64,000 bases of DNA from Patescibacteria group bacterium. GTDB taxonomy: Bacteria > Patescibacteriota > Patescibacteriia > UBA9934. Each line of letters begins with the position of its first letter. Positions within the stretch are counted from its first letter, which is position 1. Of the stretch, positions 38,299 through 46,067 are shown in pieces. Both the position numbers and the translations under genes were made by a program. Below the pieces are notes generated by a model. The model had not been told where the DNA came from. It saw only the letters and a program-made list of their open reading frames with translations, and did no database searches. The DNA lies in assembly GCA_041666205.1 (NCBI GenBank), contig JBAYHI010000001.1, positions 90,894 through 154,893 on the forward strand, read 5' to 3'.

Positions 38299-38331
38299 GA
38301 TTTTGCAGGGAAGCGAGCGCTCGAAGAATGG

Positions 38332-38610
38332 TTAGTTCTCGAGCACTCGCCAGAAGATCGCGTCGACGATCTCGGTGACCGGACCGCCCTCGTATTCGGA
38401 GAGGTGGTCGATTTCCGAGAGAAGGCGGAATTCGATCTCCGCGCCGTTTTCCTCGATGAGGATTAGGCACGAGAGACTAATCACCTCGCGATCGTCGAGC
38501 AGATACCCTGCGCCGCAAGCGCAGGAATGCCGGTACTCGTTCCCGTACTGCTTGGGGAGCCGAAGCTCCCCGTGGCAAAACGGGCAAACGAACGGGGGCC
38601 ACTCGGGCAT
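38332..38610 (-). CDS. Small Zn-ribbon-like protein
   Basis: GGAGG SD; CPFC...CACG. Confidence 0.7.
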   Translation of the reverse strand: MPEWPPFVCPFCHGELRLPKQYGNEYRHSCACGAGYLLDDREVISLSCLILIEENGAEIEFRLLSEIDHLSEYEGGPVTEIVDAIFWRVLEN

Positions 38611-38752
38611 GGGATCCTCCGAATTTTTAACTCTCAAGACCTACGATTGCTCGCGGGTCTATTCGAGTCCCGGATGTTTAGTACATCCGGGGAGACGACC
38701 TCCAAAGTTGAAGGATTTTGCCACAGATCGCTGTGGCCCGGTTTCGGTGGGG

Positions 38753-39298
38753 CTAGAAGTCGTTGTCGCCGTCTTCCTCCTCGACCGTGTGGCGGTGGAT
38801 GACCACGACCTCGTCGGGATCGCATCCCTCGCCACACTCCACCGGGGTTTCTTCCTGCTCCTCAGTGAGCGGGAATTCCCTTTGGATGCGTTCGGAGTCG
38901 ATGCCAGCGGCCTCGGCGCGGTCTCGCGCGGAGGAGATCGCATGCCACGGGCCGGCGTCGATCTCGACCTCGAGTTGCATGCTGGAATTTTGGGGCTTGC
39001 ACCACACCAACCGTGCTTTCGACGATCCGCCCCCGTATTCGACATAGTAGTATCCCGGACCCTTCCACACGAATTCGATGGGGGCAGGGCCGTGCTGGGG
39101 GTCGAAGTTATCCTCGTCGGCCTCAGCTGCTTCGAACGCCGTCTCGACGGCGACGAGGATCGAGCACGGGTCCACCTCGGTGAGCATGAAGTGCTTGGGG
39201 GCGAGGCCCCCGAAGCGACCGGCCGCGGCCTTGAATGCCACAACCGCTTCAGTGAGCTGCTCGACGCCATAAACCACCCGCAGAATTTTCTGGAACAT
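38753..39298 (-). CDS. Hypothetical protein with acidic tail
   Basis: AAGGAG SD, GC-rich third codon positions. Confidence 0.7.
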   Translation of the reverse strand: MFQKILRVVYGVEQLTEAVVAFKAAAGRFGGLAPKHFMLTEVDPCSILVAVETAFEAAEADEDNFDPQHGPAPIEFVWKGPGYYYVEYGGGSSKARLVWCKPQNSSMQLEVEIDAGPWHAISSARDRAEAAGIDSERIQREFPLTEEQEETPVECGEGCDPDEVVVIHRHTVEEEDGDNDF

Positions 39299-39350
39299 CT
39301 CGATCTCCTTCGAACTCCCATTTTTTTATCCGCTGGGATAGCGGGTTGCT

Positions 39351-39477
39351 GGATCTCTTGCCTTTGCTCGCTCCGACCCCTCTGGTCGGTTTACAGGCAT
39401 CGGCTTGAAAGTCCCACCGCAATCCTTGATTGAATCAAGGACTCTGGTGGGCGGGAAGACGATCGGTCTGCCTTCCC
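39351..39477 (-). ncRNA. Unidentified structured leader RNA, copy 1
   Basis: Three hairpins; conserved CCCACCAGA...TGGGACTTTCAAGCC.ATGC...GGTCGGA..GAGCA.A.GC.A.AGATCC shared with 39941-40068. Confidence 0.7.
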
Positions 39478-39492
39478 AAGAAGTTGTGCGAC

Positions 39493-39924
39493 TCAGTTGC
39501 AGTCGCTATCGTTCCAGTCGACGCGACCATCACAGTCGTCGTCGATTTGGTTACTGCAATACTCACTTTCTGGACCACCCGGGCGGGTGGTCGCATCGTT
39601 GTCGTTGCAGTCGTCGTCGTTGGCGACGTACCCGATCGGCTGCTCGCACGACTCGAAATCGTGTCGCTGGTCCCCGAAGTCGTCGTTGTCCAAATCGCGG
39701 AACCAGGTTTCTGCGTCGACCGCGTCGTTTTCGTCGATGTTGTCGTCGCAGTCGTTGTCGATTCCGTCGCAGTACTCGTCCGCGTCGGGGTAGACGTCGA
39801 CATCCTCGTCGTCGCAGTCGCCGTCGATCACTGCGTACCCGTCACCGTCGAAATCGGCATATTCCGGGGGCAGTTCCGTGCAAGCGGACAGAGCGAGGAA
39901 CAGGGCGATGATGTTACGGTACAT
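39493..39924 (-). CDS. Lipoprotein with Asp/Cys-rich putative metal-binding repeats (MopE-like)
   Basis: LSAC lipobox; D.DGDG...DCDD...PDADEYCDGIDNDCD repeats; AGGAG SD. Confidence 0.85.
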   Translation of the reverse strand: MYRNIIALFLALSACTELPPEYADFDGDGYAVIDGDCDDEDVDVYPDADEYCDGIDNDCDDNIDENDAVDAETWFRDLDNDDFGDQRHDFESCEQPIGYVANDDDCNDNDATTRPGGPESEYCSNQIDDDCDGRVDWNDSDCN

Positions 39925-39940
39925 GGCTTCTCCTGAAAGC

Positions 39941-40068
39941 GGATCTTTCGCTTCTGCTCATTCCGACCGATATGGCCGAAGAAAGCATTGGCTTGAAAGT
40001 CCCATCACATGACTCGAACATGCGTTCAAGTAATCTGGTGGGTCCCCGACAGTCGTAGTGAGTCGGGA
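39941..40068 (-). ncRNA. Unidentified structured leader RNA, copy 2
   Basis: Homologous to 39351-39477 with compensatory stem changes. Confidence 0.7.
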
Positions 40069-40121
40069 ACACGTTCGCCATTTCACGTAGCCTTGAAACG
40101 GTGATAAAGAGGCTTGAGCTT

Positions 40122-40409
40122 CTAGAGCTCGATCGCGTAGGTCGAGAACGCGTTCCGCATCCCGAGGTTGAAGTCCTCCGGGACCGGGACGCGGGGCAGG
40201 TTGGTCTGGGCCTCGATGACCCGCACCTTCTCCTCACCCCAGACGTGGATGTAGAGCTCGGGCGTCTGGGTCTCGTAGAGCCGCTCGACGCGGGCGCGTT
40301 CTGCTGCCTCGTCGGCCGTTGGCCTGCGGTACACGCTGTGACACGGCTCATTGCCATTGAAGAATTGGATGACGTAGATGGTCTTGGGGGTCTGGGTCGT
40401 CTCTTCCAC
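40122..40409 (-). CDS. Hypothetical protein (GC-rich orphan)
   Basis: AGGAG SD before GTG 40409; 95 aa. Confidence 0.7.
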   Translation of the reverse strand: MEETTQTPKTIYVIQFFNGNEPCHSVYRRPTADEAAERARVERLYETQTPELYIHVWGEEKVRVIEAQTNLPRVPVPEDFNLGMRNAFSTYAIEL

Positions 40410-40561
40410 GGTCTCTCCTGGCCGTCCAATGCATGGATCGGCTGAAGGGTCTTCCGACTACGAATCAAGAGCGGAGCGCTCAAGACCCAGTCGGAGAACT
40501 GAACGCTCCATTTTGCGAGCGTCGTCGATGCGATGAATGAATCATCGGTTCGCGACGCTTA

Positions 40562-40617
40562 CAAAAAACAGAGCTTTTCCTTATTCTTTGAAAGAAAGAG
40601 GAAAAACTCTGTTTTTC
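40562..40617 (-). terminator. Intrinsic terminator within the long leader
   Basis: AAAAACAGAGTTTTTCCT...AGGAAAAGCTCTGTTTTTT. Confidence 0.65.
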
Positions 40618-40783
40618 GAGTATCAAACTCGAAATGACCAACTGGGAATTGCTTCCCTTATTGATCTGCCTTGTCACCCCAGGCTCGGGCTCTCTCTTAG
40701 GACTAATGGATTCTACCGGACGTTTCGTGTTTCTTTTAAGCAGTGAATCAACCGTAACTTTCTCTCATCTCAACCACGCATAT

Positions 40784-40812
40784 ACTATACCATAATTTGG
40801 AGCTTTTGTCAA
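40784..40812 (-). promoter_or_regulatory. Sigma70-type promoter facing the orphan locus
   Basis: TTGACA-N17-TATAGT with TG extension. Confidence 0.75.
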
Positions 40813-40975
40813 CCGTAGAATTTGGCTAAAAGCCTTATTTTAAGCCAAATTTTTAGGTTTTTGGCTAACTTTTGAGGGCGAAAAAGGGCCGGGAATCCGA
40901 ACCCCTATCAATCCGGGTTCGATTCCAGATACGAACAATCCCTCATAGCTCCAGCTTTGCTGGAGCGACGAGGGA

Positions 40976-41050
40976 TGGTGACCCTACCGGGAATCGAACC
41001 CGGATTGCAGGCTTGAAAAGCCCGCGTCCTAACCGTTAGACGATAGGGCC
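40976..41050 (-). tRNA. tRNA-Glu(TTC)
   Basis: GGCCCTA...CGGGC-TTTTCAA-GCCTG...GTTCGATTC...TAGGGTCACCA. Confidence 0.95.
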
Positions 41051-41158
41051 GAAATGCGGGAGTAGAATATGATAATTTTTGGTTTCTGTCAATAAATCCT
41101 TCATAAACGGCAAAACCCTCCTTCGTCCCGTCAAACGGGACTCCGGAGGGCGAGAGGG

Positions 41159-42583
41159 CTAGCGCGAAGTGACGAGGTCATTCCGGCGGTAGACGCGGAA
41201 CGCGTCGTTGTCGAACGACTCCATGGTGTAGTGATCCTGGAGCCACTCGGCGAACTCCGGCCAGGCCTTGAACTTATCGTATCCGCGAGGATCGCTCGCT
41301 TTCGCGGTTACGAAGTAGTCCGGTGGACGCAGTTGCACTTCCGAAAAGAATCGGTCGCGCATGCCACGTCTTGTTTTGGAATCCGATCCCATGAAGAGAC
41401 ACAGGTCGTACTGCATCCCTGTCGCAGGAAGTCTTCCTGTGCGGAACAGCGCGTTTGGCACGTCATCGACGAATGCCAACGGCTGGATCCGCGCGTCGCG
41501 TGGGAGTTTCTCGATCACTCCCATGAGAGACGGCGTTGCGGGATACGCTTCCTCAAGGGCGCGCACATGCGCTTCGTCGCTTGGCACGAAGTACATGACG
41601 GGCCAGGTGAGCGCAAGCCCCACCGCGATCATTCTCACCCCAATCCATTCGAGGCGTTGCGCTGTTTCCATGAGCGCGAGCGATCCGAATGCGACCAGAG
41701 GAATGAAGTGGTAGGGGAACCCTTTATTTTGCGCCACCACGTGGACGATTCCGAGAAGTGCCATGGACCACATCACGTTATGGCGTGATGGCGACCGAAT
41801 GAGCGCGAGCGTACTGACGAGCAGCACGAGCGCCATGAAGGTGAACCGCATCCACATGGGGGTGGACGGCATGAAGCCGTAGGAATGATCCCCGGCGTAG
41901 AACGGCGTCAGCTCAGTCATGGTCCACACGAAGTCGGGCATCACCTGGATTTTTTCAATCCATGCGATGGTGACAACCCAGGGGATGGCAATTCCTGGCA
42001 GCACCCACCACCGTTTTGCTTGTTTGGTCGTGAGCGCAAAGATGGCAAGCGGAACTGCAAACAGGATGGCGTTCACCTTCACGGTTGACGCGTATCCAAT
42101 CAGCAGCCCCGCCATTACCATGCTCGTTTTTCCACGTTTGGCGAAGATGAGCGTAGCGGCGCCAAGGAAGCAGCAGACCACCACGAGCTCGCGCTGCATG
42201 GTGCCGTTGGCTCCAAGAAACATGAGGTGGAACCCGACAAAGCACAGTGCGGGCGCCAGTCGGAAGTTATTTCCGGCCCCAAGTCTCCACAGAAGCCAGG
42301 CGCAGAGCGCAAGCACGAGTTGATCCGCGATGCGGAAACACTCGTCCGCCAGACTCACGGTGAGAAGTGCCGCGAAATAGAGGATGGTCCCGGGCTGGTT
42401 GAACTCGATGAGGACCTTGTAGGGCGTCATGCCCTGCATGATCCACCAAGTGGAACAGCGGAGTTTCTGCGTATCCGGTCCAATACTCATGTGAATGCTT
42501 GCGATGGAGATGGCCCCGAGGAGCCCAATCACCAACGCTGCAAGAATCGTCCACCAATTCAGAAACCGCTTATTGGAATTCAC
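41159..42583 (-). CDS. Polytopic membrane protein, GT-C (ArnT/PMT-like) glycosyltransferase-like
   Basis: About 11 TM; G..PY....FNQPG, QRE, STVK, QNKGFPYH; soluble C-terminal domain with PPDYFV. Confidence 0.65.
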   Translation of the reverse strand: MNSNKRFLNWWTILAALVIGLLGAISIASIHMSIGPDTQKLRCSTWWIMQGMTPYKVLIEFNQPGTILYFAALLTVSLADECFRIADQLVLALCAWLLWRLGAGNNFRLAPALCFVGFHLMFLGANGTMQRELVVVCCFLGAATLIFAKRGKTSMVMAGLLIGYASTVKVNAILFAVPLAIFALTTKQAKRWWVLPGIAIPWVVTIAWIEKIQVMPDFVWTMTELTPFYAGDHSYGFMPSTPMWMRFTFMALVLLVSTLALIRSPSRHNVMWSMALLGIVHVVAQNKGFPYHFIPLVAFGSLALMETAQRLEWIGVRMIAVGLALTWPVMYFVPSDEAHVRALEEAYPATPSLMGVIEKLPRDARIQPLAFVDDVPNALFRTGRLPATGMQYDLCLFMGSDSKTRRGMRDRFFSEVQLRPPDYFVTAKASDPRGYDKFKAWPEFAEWLQDHYTMESFDNDAFRVYRRNDLVTSR

Positions 42584-42700
42584 GGGAAACCTCGATGTAA
42601 AGGTGCGATGAACTAACGATCCTAGCGCAAAAAATTGAAAAAGTCAATCATTTGCCTAAAACAAAACGCTCCCGGCAAGGGAGCGTTTTGATGGAATGGA

Positions 42701-43450
42701 TTATTGATTCTTTTTGAAACCTTCCAAAGCGTGCAAGATTTCAATTGGCATCGCAAAGATGATTGTATTGGATGCATCGCTTGAAACGTCATTGATGGTG
42801 GAAAGCGTTCGCAAGTGAAGGGCACCAGGTGCGCTCGAAAGCGTGGTGGCAGCTTGGCGGAGGTTTTCCGCAGCTTGCACTTCCCCTTGAGCTTTAATGA
42901 CGACAGCACGTCGTTCACGTTCAGCTTCGGCTTGTTTTCCGATGGTTCGTTTCATTTCTTCTGGCAAGTTGATGTCTTTGAGTTCCACGTTTTCTACACG
43001 GATACCCCATGGATCTGTGAGACTATCAACAATCTCTTTGATCTTGAGGGATGCACTTTCTCGGTTTGAGAGAAGTTCATCGAGCTCCATTGCTCCAACC
43101 ACGTTTCGCATGGTGGTTTGCGCTAGCTGGCTTACCGCATAGGTGAAGTTTTCAACTTCAATCACGGCTTTGGAAGCGTCGCTTACTTTGTAGTAAATAA
43201 CCGCATTGATACGAGCGGAAACGTTGTCTTTGGTAATCGCTTCCTGATCGGGTACGTCAACCGCTTTGATACGAATATCAACACGCGCCATGCTTTGAAT
43301 AACAGGAAAAACAATGTGCCAACCAGGTTCAAGCACTTTTGTGAATTTTCCAAGCTGGAATTTCACCCCGCGCTGATATTGGTTGACCTGCTTAATGCTT
43401 GCAAGAACAAGGACGAGGGCAAAGGTTGCAATGAAATAAAGGAATTCCAT
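42701..43450 (-). CDS. SPFH/stomatin (slipin) family protein
   Basis: QEAITKDNVS, LAQTTMRNVVG, DPWGIRV, QAEAERERRA. Confidence 0.95.
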   Translation of the reverse strand: MEFLYFIATFALVLVLASIKQVNQYQRGVKFQLGKFTKVLEPGWHIVFPVIQSMARVDIRIKAVDVPDQEAITKDNVSARINAVIYYKVSDASKAVIEVENFTYAVSQLAQTTMRNVVGAMELDELLSNRESASLKIKEIVDSLTDPWGIRVENVELKDINLPEEMKRTIGKQAEAERERRAVVIKAQGEVQAAENLRQAATTLSSAPGALHLRTLSTINDVSSDASNTIIFAMPIEILHALEGFKKNQ

Positions 43451-43507
43451 AGATTTGCCGTTTATTGGCTTATGAAAACGCTAGCAGAAAAATGGGAAAA
43501 AGTAAAG

Positions 43508-43639
43508 CGTAGGGGTCGGGTCTCCCGACCCGGCGGGCGAGGGAACCTCGCCCGTACGACGATTCGCCGTAGGGACGTTGCCTGCAACGTAAAATCCTGT
43601 GTCATTGCGAGGACGACCGAAGGGAGGACGAAGCAATCT
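43508..43639. repeat. Cluster of REP-like palindromes (GTAG-type dimer, GTAG-type monomer, GTCATTGCGAG..GAAGCAATC type)
   Basis: 43508-43558, 43568-43590, 43598-43639. Confidence 0.85.
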
Positions 43640-43679
43640 ACTGGCGGAGAGTAAGAATTTTCGCTATTATTGACCGAGT

Positions 43680-44708
43680 ATGGTTCGAATTTTGGGAATT
43701 GAATCGAGTTGCGATGAAACCGCGCTAGCGCTCGTTGTTCGAAATGAAATCGATTTATTGGCCGTTGAGAAAAGCGAAGTGCTTTCACAGGTGAAAATTC
43801 ACAAGGAATATGGTGGCGTGGTGCCCGAGGTTGCGGCGCGCATGCATTTGCAAGCCATTTTCCCCATGCTCGAGCATGAAATCAATCACGCGGGCGAGGG
43901 GATCGATGCGATTTGCGTCACGGCTGGCCCTGGACTCCCGCCAGCGCTTCGCACCGGCGTTGAAGTTGCCAAGGCGCTTGCGTGGCTTTGGAAAAAGCCT
44001 CTTATTCCTTTGAGTCACATGGAAGGCCACATTTACGCAAATTGGCTTGCCGAGGGCACCACGCCACAATTCCCAGCGCTTTGTCTTATTGTCTCCGGCG
44101 GGCACACTGAGCTCATTCTCATGCGCGGTCATGGCCAGTTCGAGCGTCTGGGGGAAACGCTCGACGACGCTGCTGGCGAAGCATTCGATAAGGGCGCGAA
44201 AATGCTCGGCCTCCCATATCCCGGAGGCCCAAATATCGCGCGCTTGGCAGAAAGCGGGAATCCAATCGCATTTGATTTTCCTCGCGGACTTTTGAAAGAG
44301 CCAAATTTGAATTTTAGTTTTGCCGGACTCAAAACGTCGCTTCTTTATCTTTTACGAAAAAACGAAGAGAAGATGCAGGACGAATTTTTTATGGCAGATA
44401 TCGCCGCATCGTATCAAGAAGCCATTATTGACGTGCTATTAAAAAAGACCGCGCGCGCTGTGGCTCAGTATCGCCCGCAAAGTGTCCTCTTGGCTGGTGG
44501 GGTTGCGGCAAATACGGAACTGCGTGCACGATTTGAAAAAGAAATCGGCAGAAAATTTGGGGTTGCCACGCATGTTCCGCTCATTCCGTATGCCATGGAT
44601 AATGCGGCTATGATTGCGGCGGCAGGGTGTTTCCGATTTGGGAATGAGAAGAATTATATCGATCCGCTGGCATTAAAGGCGGATCCGAATCTCGATTTAA
44701 CGAATTAA
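43680..44708 (+). CDS. tsaD: tRNA N6-threonylcarbamoyltransferase TsaD
   Basis: LGIESSCDET, GGVVPEVAAR.H, HMEGH, VSGGHT, DDAAGEAFDK, DNAAMIA. Confidence 0.98.
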   Translation: MVRILGIESSCDETALALVVRNEIDLLAVEKSEVLSQVKIHKEYGGVVPEVAARMHLQAIFPMLEHEINHAGEGIDAICVTAGPGLPPALRTGVEVAKALAWLWKKPLIPLSHMEGHIYANWLAEGTTPQFPALCLIVSGGHTELILMRGHGQFERLGETLDDAAGEAFDKGAKMLGLPYPGGPNIARLAESGNPIAFDFPRGLLKEPNLNFSFAGLKTSLLYLLRKNEEKMQDEFFMADIAASYQEAIIDVLLKKTARAVAQYRPQSVLLAGGVAANTELRARFEKEIGRKFGVATHVPLIPYAMDNAAMIAAAGCFRFGNEKNYIDPLALKADPNLDLTN

Positions 44709-44712
44709 TCGC

Positions 44713-44764
44713 CGTACGGGCGGGGTTTCCCCGCCCGATCGGGTCGGGGGACCCGACCCCTACG
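44713..44764. repeat. GTAG-type REP dimer, inverted relative to 43508-43558
   Basis: Reverse complement CGTAGGGGTCGGGTCCCCCGACCCGATCGGGCGGGGAAACCCCGCCCGTACG. Confidence 0.85.
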
Positions 44765-44778
44765 GCGAATCAAGAAGT

Positions 44779-45195
44779 ATGATCTACGAATCCCATAGCG
44801 CAGAACAAACCAAAAAAATCGCTTTTGATTTTGCGAAAACCCTTCACGGCGGGGAGGTGATTGAACTCCTGGGTGATTTAGGTGCTGGTAAAACCACGTT
44901 CGTGCAAGGCGTAGCGCAGGCGCTCGGCACAACCGCGCGCGTCAAAAGTCCGACGTTTACCATCATGCATGAATACCCGGTGAACCACGAGAATATTAAA
45001 AAAATTGTTCACCTTGATTTGTATCGCTTTAAAGAAAGTGTTCAACTCGAAGCATTGGCTTTAGAAGATGAGCAGGGAAGTGATTCAGTCATCTTCATTG
45101 AGTGGCCAAATACGGTTGAGGTATTGCCGGTGCCCACGACGCAGAAAATTCAGTTTGAATGGGTGGGTGAAAACGAGCGAAAAATTGAAATATAA
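44779..45195 (+). CDS. tsaE: t6A biosynthesis ATPase TsaE
   Basis: [25 protein letters not shown]. Confidence 0.97.
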   Translation: MIYESHSAEQTKKIAFDFAKTLHGGEVIELLGDLGAGKTTFVQGVAQALGTTARVKSPTFTIMHEYPVNHENIKKIVHLDLYRFKESVQLEALALEDEQGSDSVIFIEWPNTVEVLPVPTTQKIQFEWVGENERKIEI

Positions 45196-45220
45196 AATCC
45201 CCTCAACGGAGGGGATTTTT

Positions 45221-46063
45221 TTAAGCGGCTTGTTGTTTTGTCTCTTGTTCTGGATGAGGATTTGTTTTTTTCCGTAATTGTTTGATATCACGAATTGTCT
45301 GAATGGCATGCAGATATTCTTCTGCGTTGTCGTAGAAGCTTGTTAAACGATCGAAGAGTAAATTTGATCTACTGAGTGTGAATTTTTTTTCTAGTACATT
45401 CCCAAGGTGTTCAACTGGTTCTAGCTGAGGGGTATCAAATTCCGTTGTGATTCCCGTCTCTTCCGGCGTCAAATCACCGGCATAAATTACCCCTGGAAAA
45501 CGGTCTACATTTTCATCTTGTTCCTTTTTTGCCTCGTGTTGTTGACGCATGAGTGGTTGATTCTCAAGTTTTTTTAAATTTTCTGCACGAATCCGCAAGA
45601 CCTCTGGGCTTGATTCAAGAAGTTTTTTTTGTTTTAAGAAATTCTCTTCATTTTTTTGTCTTGCAGTCTCTTTATGGCGAAAATATTCCTCAAAAGAATA
45701 GACGGGGATTTCCGGGTCGAGTTCATATAAGAGATTTTGCAGTTCGAGAAATCGCTCTTCATACGCCCGGTATTGTCGTTTGAGTTCTGCAAGAGATAAT
45801 TCACCCATGCGATATTGATGTTCCCATCGTTGCGCTTTTCCATACAGATCCGGCTCTGATGGATTTTTTTCAAAATAAGACGTGAGCGCAGCCGATTCAA
45901 AATTTATGCGCGGGCGTTCAATGTCGACTCGACCCTTGCGAGGTTTAATGATTGTTTCTCCATCACTTGTGACTTCAGGGGTGAGTCTTTTTTCTTTCGG
46001 GCGGATTGGGGGAGGCGACAAAACAATTTTTTCAAATTCAGAACCTCGCATGCGTTCGTGCAT
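45221..46063 (-). CDS. Hypothetical charged coiled-coil protein
   Basis: 280-aa ORF starting 4 nt after the PilB-like gene; no motif recognised. Confidence 0.7.
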   Translation of the reverse strand: MHERMRGSEFEKIVLSPPPIRPKEKRLTPEVTSDGETIIKPRKGRVDIERPRINFESAALTSYFEKNPSEPDLYGKAQRWEHQYRMGELSLAELKRQYRAYEERFLELQNLLYELDPEIPVYSFEEYFRHKETARQKNEENFLKQKKLLESSPEVLRIRAENLKKLENQPLMRQQHEAKKEQDENVDRFPGVIYAGDLTPEETGITTEFDTPQLEPVEHLGNVLEKKFTLSRSNLLFDRLTSFYDNAEEYLHAIQTIRDIKQLRKKTNPHPEQETKQQAA

Positions 46064-46067
46064 AGAT

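Noticed and set aside
39351-39477. raiA-motif RNA similarity (AAGCCGATGC...GGCAAGAGATCC)
   Set aside because: Only short words recalled from memory match; the order of elements and the pairing partner are missing. Needs cmscan, so not called
39493-39924. ADFDGD in the lipoprotein as an RNAP-like motif
   Set aside because: It is part of the DxDGDG metal-binding repeat
38375-39936. Long plus-strand and alternative-frame ORFs (352, 220, 168 aa)
   Set aside because: Stop-poor shadows of GC-rich minus-strand genes that have SDs and coherent sequences
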